Assembly (NCBI GenBank): GCA_963850795.1
Contig: CAWKNS010000043.1
Location: 1,021 to 65,020 of the forward strand
Origin: an uncultured Acidobacteriota bacterium
Lineage (GTDB): Bacteria > Acidobacteriota > Terriglobia > Acidiferrales > UBA7541
DNA: 64,000 nt
Direction: 5' to 3'
The translations under genes and the position numbers were made by a program. This document shows, piece by piece, positions 10,551 through 21,521 of this stretch. The notes beneath the pieces are model-generated. The model did not search any database. It saw only the letters and a list, made by a program, of their open reading frames with translations, and had not been told where the DNA came from. Position 1 is the first letter of the stretch, and the number at the start of each line of letters is the position of its first letter.

Positions 10551-11677
10551 CTATTTTGAGCCCAGTTCAAACGGATGATCGTAACCAGTCATTTCCAGGT
10601 AACCGACTCCGTGAGCATTCGTGTCCGCCATCGTTCCGGTATATGTCACAGATCCCTCCCAGTAGGATGGCGTTAGCGCTCCCGCGCCACTTGTCAATTC
10701 CTGCGAAGGAAGCGGCGTCCGTAGCTCCAGTTCGAGGCCAAAAATCTCGGCACGGAAATTTTCCATTGCACCGGATAAGTTGCCTTCGTCACCGGACTGG
10801 CCCACGTTTGGCCAACCGGTACGAGAGAGAAATCGGCCGGCCGTAAATGTGTCGCTCGTCCGTGCTGGTCGATGATTGTGCGCCGAGGAAAACGGGTCGA
10901 TGGAGCCATCTTTGCGGCGAATGCGAAACAGCATGATTTCCGTATTACCGTCGAGTTGAATGCTGAACCAATCCCAACCGATCTGGTCGCTTTCAAGCTG
11001 ATGCGTGAAGAATTCGTGATCCATCCAAGCCAGCCCGCTGACTTGAAATGATTTTCCGTTCAGCACGATCGTGCCGCTGGTCGCGAGATGCGTCAGCGAG
11101 ATGTAATGCGACGCGTGCCCCGCGCCATCCGCCTTCTGGCTCACGCCGTTCTCTCCCTGAATCACCGGCGGCTTTTCCGAACGCAGCGCCAGTTGCAATT
11201 CAAAGCGCGCATCGGTCGCCCGTAACGATTGCTCGTCGCCCTTCCACTGAATCTGCCAATTCCCATTCCAGATGCGCCCGTCGCTGCTGCTCACTCCCGC
11301 GATGCCCGGTCCGGCTCGATTCGTTCGTTCGGTGTGATAAAAACGTCCGCCATCGAGGTCGCTCAGAGCGAGATGGGCGAGATACAGATCACGTACATCC
11401 CATGCGCCGTTTTTAGACTTGTCGCGATCCACGCCTTGTCGAAAAAAAGTCAGCTCGAATCCGAACCGCCGCCCATCCGCCGCTTTGACGTTGCCCGTGT
11501 AATACCACCACTCCGTCTGATATTCAGGATGATCGAAATGATCGCGACGAAATTCGTAGCGATACCCGGGCAGCGCAACGCTGTATTGCGATTCGCGGGC
11601 AGCTTGCGCGCGAAGGCTAGACAGGCTGCGTCGCAAAAAGCAACGCCAGCGCAAGACCGCGATGCGCTACTCCTCAT
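10551..11677 (-). CDS. AttH-like / CrtC-like lipocalin-domain secreted protein; frameshifted
   Basis: HPEYQTEWWYYTG, FGFELTFFR, WMDHEF, GWDWFS, YWEG, GYLEMTGY. Confidence 0.85.
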
Positions 11678-14284
11678 GCACAACCTCGATCGGATTCAAC
11701 CGAATCGCAACATTCGCGGGATACAGCCCGGCAAGCACCGTCGCGATATATACGAGACTCAGCGCGCCGAGCAGAATCTCCACTGGCCAGTGAAATCGAA
11801 TCGTCCACCCGAACGACTGCTTGTTGATCACAAAAACCAGAATCAGAGAGAGCGCGAATCCCTGCACCACTCCGGCGAGTGTGGCGAGCAAGCCAATCAG
11901 CCCCGCCTCAACCAAAATCAATTTGCGAATCTGCCACGAAGCCGCGCCCAAAAATCGCAGCAGCCCAAGCTCACGCCGCCGATCGATCACCACCGCCAGC
12001 AGCGCCCCCGCGACCCCGATCACGGCAACAATGACCGCGACCGCCTCCAGTGCATACGTAATCGCAAATGTCCGATCGAAAATCATCAACGCCTGCGCGC
12101 GCAAATCGCGATTCGAGAAAATCATAATCCGGTAATTACCCGCAGCCGCCAGGTCTTCGATTTTTCGCCGCACGTTCGTCAGCGAAGCTCCAGGCGACAC
12201 ATAAATTGCGAGACTCGCCGGCGCCGGATCAGGCAAATATTTCAGCGCCGTCGCCCGATCCATCACCACGGTTCCGCGCTCGCTCGAATAGTCGTAGAAA
12301 ACATCGACCACGCGAAAATCCGCTTTGGCGCCACCAAGCGACAGCGTGATCGAATCCCCGCGCTTCACATGATGCTTGTTCGAAAATGGCTCGCTGACAA
12401 CAACCGCATTTGCGCCGCGCATCTCCGCCAGCACGTCTTGCGTCTCGCGGCCCGACATAAAATTTGCCTTGTGATACACCCGCTGCGCGTCGAGCTCCGC
12501 CGACGCGAGCCCAGCCGGCATTCCTTCGTAATTGATCTCGTAATCGCGCAACCGATCCACAGTCGCAACTCCCGGCAGCCGCGCAATCTTGTCCGCAAAC
12601 TCCAGCGTCAGGACCGGATGCCGGTCCGCCGCAGGCACGCCTCCTGCACGCATGTACAAATCGGCTGGCACCTGATCGTTCATCCACAGCAAAACCGTCT
12701 CGCGAAAACTCCCGACCATGATCCCGACCGCCGTCATCATCGCAATCGCCGTCGATAGCGCGCCGACCAAAACCGAAGTACGCCGCAGCGATGCCGACAA
12801 ACTTTGCGATGCAAGTGAAGCCTCGACGCCAAGAATCGCCCCGAGCGCGCGCGTCAACACCCGCATCGTTAGATCGACCACCGCCGGAATCGCCAGCGCC
12901 GACGCCGCGATGACCAGGAGCGTCGCGAGATATCCGAATAGCGGTTTGCCCGCCACAGCAGGCGCGCGCGAAGCAAAAAACGCGCCCAGTGCCAACGCAG
13001 CAGCGATCGCAACATCACGTAACTTGTGTACGCGCGCCACATATTCGCGCCGTCCCCGCGCCATCGCTTCCACCGGCGCCACCAACGACGCCTCCCGCGC
13101 TGGCGCATAAGCCGACGCCACCGCCACTCCGACTCCAACGATCAACGCGAGCACCACAGACTCCGCGCTCAGCGCGATCGCACCCGGCCGGCTACTGACA
13201 TACAGCGCCTCCACCGTCGCCGACATCAACTTCACCGCCCCGCTCGCCATCAATCTCCCGAGCGGCAATCCAATCAACGCGCCAATCAGTCCCGAGACTC
13301 GCAGCTTCGCCAATGAACGCCGCCAAAACCGTCGCGCGATTCGCACCCAACGCGCGCACGATTCCGATCTCCGCGCGCCTCCGCACCACCGAAACCGAAA
13401 TCGTGTTGTAAATCAGAAACGCGCCGACAACGAGCGCGATGTAGCTGAGCAACTTCAAATTCCAGCGAAACGCCGCAAGCATCTTGCGATTTTCTTCCGT
13501 GCCGGTCCCAGCCGCGCGCAATTCCACGCCGTCCGGCAAAATCGCGCCTAGATTTCCGCCAGCGCAACGCCGTGACAACCGCTCTCACCGCCACGAAGCC
13601 GCTGTTGCCACTCGCTCGCGCTCGCAACATGCCCCGACCCGCCATCATCTTTCTCTGGCACTTTCACCAGAATGCGATCGACACGCCCGACTCGCCCGAC
13701 CACCCGCTGCGCCGCAGCCAGATCCATCACAATCGCCGCCGCATTTCCTCCATCATCCGGAAAAACTCCGCGCACAACATAGTCGCGCATCGCGATCGTT
13801 CAATCAGCAGCGCGACCCGATCGCCCGCGTGATAGCCAAGGCTCTGCCCAACCCAAACGCTTTCGTCATCGCCAAGATACTTCAGCGTCTCTTCCGGCTT
13901 CGCCATCGGAAACGCCGACGCCACATCCGAGTGATTCTGCCCCTCCGCCACAAAATCAAGTCCCAGCAGCGGAATCGTCCGCTTCCCATCGATCGCCGCG
14001 TAATCCTCGATTCGCGCCGAAATCCGCAACGAATACGGAAGCTGCGCGAGCTTGCCGACAACGCCCTCCGGCATGCCGCCCGCCGCAACAATTTCGAAAT
14101 CGTTGTCGCCCGAAAGCGTCTCCATCGAAGAGCGAAACGATCCCGCCGCCGCAAATCCCGCGAGATCGATCGCGAGCACCACTGCGACGCCCAGCGCAAT
14201 CGCCAGCACCGTCAGCGACGTCCGCACCGGCTCCGCAAACAGTGGCCGCACCATCAACCGGTAAAATAAAAGTAGCCGCGCCAC
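11667..14284 (-). CDS. FtsX/MacB-like ABC transporter permease (double domain); about 3 frameshifts
   Basis: Joined ORFs 13727-14284, 13548-13790, 13192-13578 and 11667-13346: ALGVAVVLAI, RRAEIGIVRALG, RRRELGLLRFLG, INKQSFGWT. Confidence 0.88.
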
Positions 14285-14961
14285 TATCGACGCTCCACGT
14301 TCTCGATTTTTCCGTCGCGCAATCGCACGACGACATCCGCCAGCGCCGCCGCCTCAGCGCTATGCGTCGCCATCACCGTCGCAGTGTTTTTCTCGCGAGA
14401 CAGTCGCCGCAGCAATTCCAGAATCACGTTCCCCGTCGTCGTATCGAGATTCCCCGTCGGCTCATCCGCCAACAACAATTTCGGCGCATGAATCAGCGCC
14501 CGCGCAATTCCCACGCGCTGCATCTGCCCGCCCGAAAGCTGATGCGGATAGCGATCGCCCAAGCCTTCCAGCTCCACCCATCGCAATCGCTCGAGCGCCG
14601 CCTCCCGAGCATTTGTCTTACCCGCAAGCAACAGCGGCAACTCCACATTCCCCAGCACTGTCAGCGTATGCAGCAACTGAAACGACTGAAAAATAAATCC
14701 AACTTTCTCTCTCCGTAGCCTCGTCAACTCGGCATCGCGCAGCGACGACGTCGCCACTCCATCGAGCGACACACTCCCCGACGTCGGAAAATCCATCGCC
14801 CCAGCCAAATTCAGCAGCGTCGATTTCCCGCATCCACTGCGTCCAACCAATGCGACAGACTGCCCCGCCTCGACATCGAGCGACACACCCTCCAGCGCCC
14901 GTACCGGCTGCCCATCGGTCGAATACTCCTTGCACACATTTTGTAGGGAAAGAATCGGCAT
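14284..14961 (-). CDS. ABC transporter ATP-binding protein (LolD/MacB type)
   Basis: GRSGCGKST, LSGGQ, LLADEPTGNLD, ATH. Confidence 0.95.
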   Translation of the reverse strand: MPILSLQNVCKEYSTDGQPVRALEGVSLDVEAGQSVALVGRSGCGKSTLLNLAGAMDFPTSGSVSLDGVATSSLRDAELTRLRREKVGFIFQSFQLLHTLTVLGNVELPLLLAGKTNAREAALERLRWVELEGLGDRYPHQLSGGQMQRVGIARALIHAPKLLLADEPTGNLDTTTGNVILELLRRLSREKNTATVMATHSAEAAALADVVVRLRDGKIENVERR

Positions 14962-15088
14962 AAATAGGAAGGGCGCAGTCACCCTGAGACACAAATCAAA
15001 ACGTCAAAGGGTTGCCGCGCCCATCTTCTCAATAAGTTGTTACGTTCCCGACAGCAAATCGGATGCGATCGATATCAACGCTCGCGAC

Positions 15089-15646
15089 TTACTTCGCCGC
15101 CAGCGCCTTCTCGATCGCCGCCGTCACTTCCGGCGCATCCGGCGTTACCTTCGGCTCAAACCGCGCCACGATCTGCCCATCGCGCCCGACCAAAAACTTC
15201 GTGAAGTTCCACTGAATCTCGCCGCCCGTCGAAGGATTCGTCGACTTGTCCGTCAAATATTGATACAGCGGCGTCGTGTCGTCGCCCTTCACCGAAACTT
15301 TCGTCGTCATTGGAAACGTCACGTTGTACTTCGACGAGCAGAACGTCTTGATCTCCGCGTTCGTTCCCGGCTCTTGCGCGCCGAAATTGTTCGCCGGGAT
15401 TCCGACGATCACAAATCCCTTGTCCTTGTACTTCTCGTACGTCGATTCCAGCGCCGTATATTGCGGCGTGAATCCGCAGCGGCTCGCCACGTTCACGAGC
15501 ATCACCACTTTGCCCTTGTACGTCCCGAGCGACGTCGGCTGCCCATCGATCGAATTCAGCGTGAAATCGTAAATCGATTTTCCGCCCGCGATTACCGCGG
15601 CAGCGCAAAACAACAAACCAAACACCAACGGCGCAATCATCTTCAT
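15089..15646 (-). CDS. Glutathione peroxidase family protein with signal peptide
   Basis: VNVASRCGFTPQY, PANNFGAQEPG, QWNFTKFLV; GGAGG RBS. Confidence 0.93.
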   Translation of the reverse strand: MKMIAPLVFGLLFCAAAVIAGGKSIYDFTLNSIDGQPTSLGTYKGKVVMLVNVASRCGFTPQYTALESTYEKYKDKGFVIVGIPANNFGAQEPGTNAEIKTFCSSKYNVTFPMTTKVSVKGDDTTPLYQYLTDKSTNPSTGGEIQWNFTKFLVGRDGQIVARFEPKVTPDAPEVTAAIEKALAAK

Positions 15647-15832
15647 CTTCACTTCCTCCCAGTTAGCTTGCGAGTTCGATCTGCTCCGACACAACTTCGG
15701 GCGGCGCATCAATATCAATCGGAGCGAACCCTGCGTGCCCGCAAATACCGATCGCCGGGACGCCGCTGCGTGCCCCCATTCTACGACATTCGCAGGCCTC
15801 CGCGCCCCTTACGCCCACGCGTATCCGTGCCC

Positions 15833-15858
15833 CTCTGCGTCCTCCGCGTCTCCGCGTT
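15833..15858. repeat. Short imperfect tandem repeat CTC(T/C)GCGT x3 (CGCAGAG-type ladder); related ladder in opposite orientation at 29748-29773
   Basis: ctctgcgtcctccgcgtctccgcgtt; ccacagagtacgcagagttcacagag. Confidence 0.5.
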
Positions 15859-16043
15859 GTCTTTTTCTTCTCTTCTTCCCTCTTGCCGCGCGAATTCAAC
15901 CCATTGAGCCCGCCCACCCGCTGTTATAGACTTCGCCGCGCGCAATTTTCGCATCCCAGCTGTAAGCTGCTCGCGGTCAGGGTCGCAAAAACCGCAGCAG
16001 ACATAGTCGCCGTTCGCCGTCACGCCGATTTCACGGAGGCTCG

Positions 16044-17732
16044 ATGCTCCTCGCAGCAGCAGGAGTCGCAGTCACGCACCGGACGCTCGCCCCGGTCGAT
16101 CTCGTCATCATCGGTCTCTACTTCGTACTCGTCTTCGGTATCGGCTTCTATTTCTCGCGCAAAGAGCGCACCTCCGAAGACTACTTCCTCGCCGGTCGCA
16201 ACATCGGTTGGTTCGCCATCGGCGCTTCCCTCTTCGTTTCCAACATTTCCACCGAGCATTTCATCGGTCTCGCCGGCTCAGGCGCGACCTCCGGACTCGC
16301 CGGCGGAAATTTCGAGTGGCAAGCCTCCTGCATCCTCCTGCTCCTCGGCTGGGTCTTCGTTCCCTTCTATCTGCGCTCCAACGTTTTCACCATGCCCGAG
16401 TTTCTCGAGCGCCGTTTCAATCGCAACTGCGCCACATATCTCGCCGGAATTTCGATCATCGCGTACATCTTCACCAAAATTTCCGTCCATCTTTACGCCG
16501 CCGCGATCGTGCTCGAGCGCGTCGTCGGCTGGAATCAGTGGACCGCCGCGATCATCCTCGTCGTCGCCACCGGCATCTACACGGTCGCCGGCGGACTCGC
16601 CGCCGTCATTTACACCGATCTTGTCCAAACGCTGATCCTGCTGGCTGGCGCGATCGCGCTCACGTTCATCGGCCTCGATAAAGTCGGCGGCTTCAGCGCC
16701 CTGCGCGCCGCCGTGCCTGCCAGCTACTTCCACATGGTGAAGCCAATCAGCGATCCCGATTTTCCATGGACTGGAATTTTCTTCGGTGCTCCCATCATCG
16801 GCATCTGGTACTGGTGTACCGACCAAGTCATCGTCCAGCGTGTGCTCTCCGCAAAAGACGAAGGCCACGCAAAAGCCGGCACGATTTTCGCCGGATTTCT
16901 AAAGATACTCCCCGTCTTTCTCCTGGTGATTCCAGGAGTGATTGCGTTCGCCCTCTATCCGCAACTCTTTCACATCGAAAATGGCGCGGTCACGAACGGC
17001 GATATCGCATTCCCAACCGCTGTGGTGAATTTGCTTCCCACCGGTTTCGTCGGCCTGATGGTCGCCGCACTGCTCGCCGCCTTGATGGGCGCCATGAGTT
17101 CGGTGTTCAACTCCACCTCAACGATGGTCACGCTCGACTTCTACAAAAAGTTCCGCCCGGCGGCGACCGAGAAGCAGCTCGTCACCTTCGGCCGCATCGC
17201 CACCGCCGCGATGGTCGTGCTCGGTTTGCTCTGGGTGCCGTTCATTCACCTACTCAGCGCGCAGCTCTGGGTCTACCTGCAAAGCGTGCAGGGTTACATC
17301 AGCCCGCCGATCGCCGTCTGCTTTATCTTCGGAATTTTGTGGCCGCGCCTCAACGGAACCGGCGCGATCACGACCTTGCTTGCCGGCTTCGTGATGGGCG
17401 CCGGACGCTTCGTCTTCGAAGTGCTCGACAAATCCGCGCACTATACTTCGCCCTTCCTCCGCTGGCTCGTGGACATGAACTTTCTCCACTACAGCATCCT
17501 GATGTTCGTCGTCTGCGCTCTGATCTTGATCGTCGTCAGCCTGATGACGCCCGCGCCCGACCGCAGCAAACTCGCCGGCCTTACCTTCGCCACGGTTGAC
17601 GACAAAATCGAAACCATCGACGTCAAAAAAGTAGACCTGGCCCGAGAAACCCGCACCGAACACAAAATCAACGTCGCACTAACTTACGTCTTGCTAGCCA
17701 CCTGCCTGATCCTCTGGATCTATTTCCGCTAA
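16044..17732 (+). CDS. Sodium/sugar symporter (SSS, vSGLT-like)
   Basis: YFLAGR, SNISTEHFIGLAG, TMPEFLERRF, WYWCTDQVIVQR. Confidence 0.94.
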   Translation: MLLAAAGVAVTHRTLAPVDLVIIGLYFVLVFGIGFYFSRKERTSEDYFLAGRNIGWFAIGASLFVSNISTEHFIGLAGSGATSGLAGGNFEWQASCILLLLGWVFVPFYLRSNVFTMPEFLERRFNRNCATYLAGISIIAYIFTKISVHLYAAAIVLERVVGWNQWTAAIILVVATGIYTVAGGLAAVIYTDLVQTLILLAGAIALTFIGLDKVGGFSALRAAVPASYFHMVKPISDPDFPWTGIFFGAPIIGIWYWCTDQVIVQRVLSAKDEGHAKAGTIFAGFLKILPVFLLVIPGVIAFALYPQLFHIENGAVTNGDIAFPTAVVNLLPTGFVGLMVAALLAALMGAMSSVFNSTSTMVTLDFYKKFRPAATEKQLVTFGRIATAAMVVLGLLWVPFIHLLSAQLWVYLQSVQGYISPPIAVCFIFGILWPRLNGTGAITTLLAGFVMGAGRFVFEVLDKSAHYTSPFLRWLVDMNFLHYSILMFVVCALILIVVSLMTPAPDRSKLAGLTFATVDDKIETIDVKKVDLARETRTEHKINVALTYVLLATCLILWIYFR

Positions 17733-17737
17733 CCATC

Positions 17738-18408
17738 ATGCACACCAATCTCAACATCCGCAGACCAAGGTCATGTAGGGGCGCAGCCCGCTGCGCCCCA
17801 GCTTGCCCGGACGTCAACGCCAGAATTCTTTCTTCGATCCACACGCTAAAATCGAAAGTCTCCCAATCCGACGCGTTCCGAAAATTCTCCGCCGCCGGCC
17901 CCGCCTGCGCTACTTCGCAATCTCCGCCTCGGCCCACTCCAACGCATCGCCGAGGTCTACGTCCCCTTCCACCTCTACCGCGTCAACTACGATCTCGGCC
18001 GCGAGCACCAATCCCGCCTCTTCGCCATCGATGCCGTCCAAGGCACCCTCGATCTCTTCGAATTCCCCGCCATCCCCAAACAAGACGAACTCGTGCAGAT
18101 CGAAACAAAAAACGCTCTGCCCGTAAAACTGAGTGACGCCGACAGCCGAAAATCTCCTGCGCGAAAAAGTCCTCCGCATAGTCTTCCAACAAGGCTTCTT
18201 CAAATTGCGCGACGCAAATCTCACGATCGAACGCCTCCCGCTCGACTTGCACCTCTCCTACTGGCTCGCCTTCCACGGAAAAGAATCAGCCGCAATTGGC
18301 GCGCGCGTTGCCACAAGCACCGTCCGCTGCCGCGTCCTCGACTCCACCCGCAACCGCATCGAAGGCGCCAAAGCCACCGCCCTCTTCGAATCCTGGCTCT
18401 CCGCGTAA
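17738..18408 (+). CDS. Hypothetical protein, frameshifted; putative N-terminus overlaps a REP
   Basis: Protein-like segments across frames with C-ending codon bias: ...RIAEVYVPFHLYRV...IDAVQGTLDLFEF...LREKVLRIVFQQGFFKL...IEGAKATALFESWLSA. Confidence 0.65.
17775..17818 (+). repeat. GTAG-type REP, family A (GTAGGGGCGCAGC-N-GCTGCGCCCC plus tail)
   Basis: Near-identical copies at 18433, 20484 (+) and 26959, 29791, 30421, 35273 (-). Confidence 0.85.
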
Positions 18409-18432
18409 ACATGCAGCATCGCGCCCGCTTTT

Positions 18433-18477
18433 GTACGGGCGCAGCACTGCTGCGCCCCAGCTTGACCGGGCGTCAGC
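18433..18477 (+). repeat. REP family A
   Basis: gtacgggcgcagcactgctgcgccccagcttgaccgggcgtcagc. Confidence 0.85.
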
Positions 18478-18501
18478 ACCTGCACAGTCTGTTTTGAATT
18501 T

Positions 18502-20544
18502 TTAATTCAGCAGAAAAACCGAAACCGATTCCGCCGGCGCACGAACAACAATTCCACTCCCGCCAACTTCCACTCGCCCATCACCCATCAACTTCTCACT
18601 CCCCGCCGCGCCCGCCGCAGGCGTCTCGCTCACCGCCACATGCAATTCCCGCGCGCTCTTCGACAAATTGAACGCCACCAGCACTTTCTCTTCATCCGAC
18701 TCCCGCAGAAACACAATCCCCGACTCATCCGACAGCAAATCCCACTGCCGCCCTTCACTCAGCGCCGGATGCTCGCGCCGCACCCGTAATAAATTCTGCA
18801 CAAACGAAAACACCTGCTGCTGCTCCGGCGTACGTCCGCCCTCGACAAACGCATTCTTCGGATCGTCGCGCCATCCGCCCGGAAAATCGTGCCGATTGTC
18901 AGGATCGCCGCCACCACTCATTCCAATCTCATCGCCGTAGTAAAGTTGCGGAATCCCGCGCATCGTCAGATTCAATCCAAACGCCAGCTTCAACTTCGCC
19001 AAATCCGTACTGCCGCCACAGCCAGCAGGCCCATCCGCTCCCGCAAATCGCGTCGTGTCGTGATTGCCGAAAAACGTGACAAGCTGCTCCGGCCGCACAT
19101 ACAGCGAATCGTGGCGCAACACATCCGCCAATTTCGCCGCTGGAGCATTCCCCGCCAAAACATCGCGCAACGCAAAATACATCGGGTAGTCGAACACCGT
19201 CGTCACGCCCGAATCGACGCCGTCGAATCGCCGCTCTCCGCCCGCAAAAAACGAAGTCACGCTCGGATCGGGATGATAAACCTCGCCGATCGTCGTCATC
19301 CGCGGGTAAATCTTTTTCAGCGCCGCGTGCCAGCGCGACCAGAAAATCCGCGGCACATACGGAAACGTGTCGATGCGAAATCCATCGAGTCCGGAAGACT
19401 CCGCCCACCAAATCGCATTCTGCTGCAGATACGTCGCGACGATCGGATTTTCCGTATTTAAATCCGGCAGCACGCCGAAAAACCATCCGTCAGTCAGATA
19501 GCGCCACAAACTCGGCGGCGCGTGAGGATCAGTCATCGCTTCGAACGGATCGTGTCCAAAGGCCTGCTCGCGCGATTCGCCGTAAAATACCGCAGCCGGT
19601 GCAATGCCCGAAGCAGGATCGACCGGCATCGACGAATCGATGTGATGCGCGACCGTTCCGTGAAACCAATCGCTCATCGGCGGATTCATCGCCCAAGGAT
19701 GCTTCGGCCCCACGTGATTCGGCACGATGTCGAACAACACCTTCATCTTTTGCGTGTGCGCCGCGTTGATCAGCTCCTGATAGTCGCGCAGCGTGCCGAG
19801 ATGCGGATCGACCGCGTATAAATCAACCGCGCCGTAGCCGTGGTAATCCTCGGTCGCGCCGTTCTTCACCACCGGCGTCAGCCAAAGCGTCGTGACACCA
19901 AGACTTTTCAAATAATCGAGATGCTCGCGAATGCCGCGCAGATCGCCGCCGTGATACGCGCGCGCCTTCGAGCGATCGTGCGAACCGGCCGCGCCCTCAG
20001 GCTCATCGTTGGTCGGATCGCCATTCGCGAAATCGATCCGGCATGATCAGATAAATCACGTCGTCGGGAGTGATCCCCTGAAATCGATGGATCGTTTCCG
20101 TTCGCGACAGAAATCGGCAGCTCGAACGAAGCCACTCCGCCATCCGCATTCGTGACGCGGCAAACCAGCGTCCCTGATTTCACATCGGCGCCAAATTTCA
20201 AGCCACACAAAGAGATAATTCCCGTTGCCGGCCGCCTGTGTGCGCTCCACAAGCACGCTCGACAAATTGCACTTCACCTCGTTCGCATCCAGCCCGCGCC
20301 CCGACACCAGCACCATCACTTCCGGCGTAAGCCCGACCCACCAATTCGGCGGCTCCACCTTCGTTACGACAGGCGATTTGTCCGTCTTCGCGCCGCCTTG
20401 TCCTTGAGCGCCACGGACGACACCCGCCATCGGAAAGAGACAAACAAAAACGGAAAGCGTAATGAATCGCAGCGCCCAAATGTGTAGGGGCGCAGCATGC
20501 TGCGCCCCTGCTTGCCCGGACGTAAGCCGTTCAGAGTTTTTCAC
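18502..20544 (-). CDS. GH13 alpha-amylase/cyclomaltodextrinase with N-terminal CDase domain; frameshifted
   Basis: KVEPPNWW, YHGYG, DIVPNH, LPDLN, GFRIDTFPYV, GEVY, NHD, GIPQLYYGDEIG. Confidence 0.9.
20484..20526 (+). repeat. REP family A inside the 5' end of the GH13 gene
   Basis: gtaggggcgcagcatgctgcgcccctgcttgcccggacgtaag. Confidence 0.85.
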
Positions 20545-20547
20545 CAG

Positions 20548-21234
20548 TCACTTCTTCCCGTCGCTAAACACGAGCTTTCCAAAAACTTCCGGCACATGAA
20601 ACTGCGGCACCGGCGTCTTCGTCGGCTGCCACGAAGCATAAAATCTCGGCTCGCTCGGTCCTTCAACGCGAAAGAAATTCACACGCCACACCTTCGACGG
20701 ATCAAAATTCCCTGCGACAAGACTTTTCATCGGCAGCGCCAACACCGCGCGCCAAGTCTTTGCCGCTTCGTCGACGCTGGCACGTCGCTTCAATCCGCTC
20801 GTCAAATCACGCTTGCCGTGATGGTCGCCGCCATCGAGATTGATGTCGAGATCGATCCAATTCCCATTCGGCGCGACTTCAAATTCCTGATATTTCCGCG
20901 GCTGCGAAGGATCGCTCTGCACAAACAATTCGCAAACATCCTTGTCCCACAATTTGTCGCGCCAACCGCGCGAATCCGCATCGTCGTAAACCGTGATGCT
21001 CTGAAATTTCGCGCGAAATTCGACGAACAGCGTTTCCGGAGTCCAGAGCAGTCGCACCTGCGTCTCGCGCGTCGCATCGAGATTCGCGCCCTGCCAATCC
21101 CAATCGAATTGCGCGCCGGGCACCGTCTCCCAAGCCGCATCCGGCGGAAATCCTTCCGCGTCCATCGAGCCCGTCCATCGAATGGCAGTGATCGTGTCCG
21201 TTCTTGGCGGCATTCCCGCGTCGCCGGTCATCAT
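20548..21234 (-). CDS. Carbohydrate-binding family 9-like (DOMON-like) protein
   Basis: TQVRLLWT, LWDKDVCELF, YQEFEVAPNG, WRVNFFR, FHVPEVFG. Confidence 0.82.
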   Translation of the reverse strand: MMTGDAGMPPRTDTITAIRWTGSMDAEGFPPDAAWETVPGAQFDWDWQGANLDATRETQVRLLWTPETLFVEFRAKFQSITVYDDADSRGWRDKLWDKDVCELFVQSDPSQPRKYQEFEVAPNGNWIDLDINLDGGDHHGKRDLTSGLKRRASVDEAAKTWRAVLALPMKSLVAGNFDPSKVWRVNFFRVEGPSEPRFYASWQPTKTPVPQFHVPEVFGKLVFSDGKK

Positions 21235-21249
21235 CAAGAAATCTCCCTG

Positions 21250-21309
21250 GGAGGGCACGACTTCAGTCGTGCCGTAAGCCCGCAGTAACGAGGGGCTTCA
21301 GCCCCTGCG
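21250..21309 (+). repeat. Double-hairpin REP, family B
   Basis: ggagggcacgacttcagtcgtgccg...aggggcttcagcccctg; reverse-oriented relatives at 32693 and 33362. Confidence 0.8.
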
Positions 21310-21521
21310 GCAGCAGCACATGATCTTGCCACGAATCGCGTTGCACCGAGCAGCCAGTGAGCGTCTCCAGCGCTTGCGGCGGTGACGCGCGAAGTACAGC
21401 GACGTTTTGCGCACACTGGCTGCGGCTGCGCGAAAGTGCGCGCTGGGCGCGTGCTAGCATCGAATTTCGGCCCACTCTAGCGTCGAGCCGGCATCGCGCG
21501 GCGATTAATTCGGAGGCCTCA

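Noticed and set aside
11229-12758. Long antisense or alternate-frame ORFs (e.g. 11229-12758, 27568-28692, the 5' part of 58127-60577)
   Set aside because: Shadow ORFs of real genes in high-GC DNA, with biased low-complexity translations and no family motifs.
21300-21520. Chromosomal replication origin at the C-to-G skew switch
   Set aside because: No DnaA-box cluster, AT-rich unwinding element or dnaA/dnaN genes, and the skew reverses again within about 25 kb.
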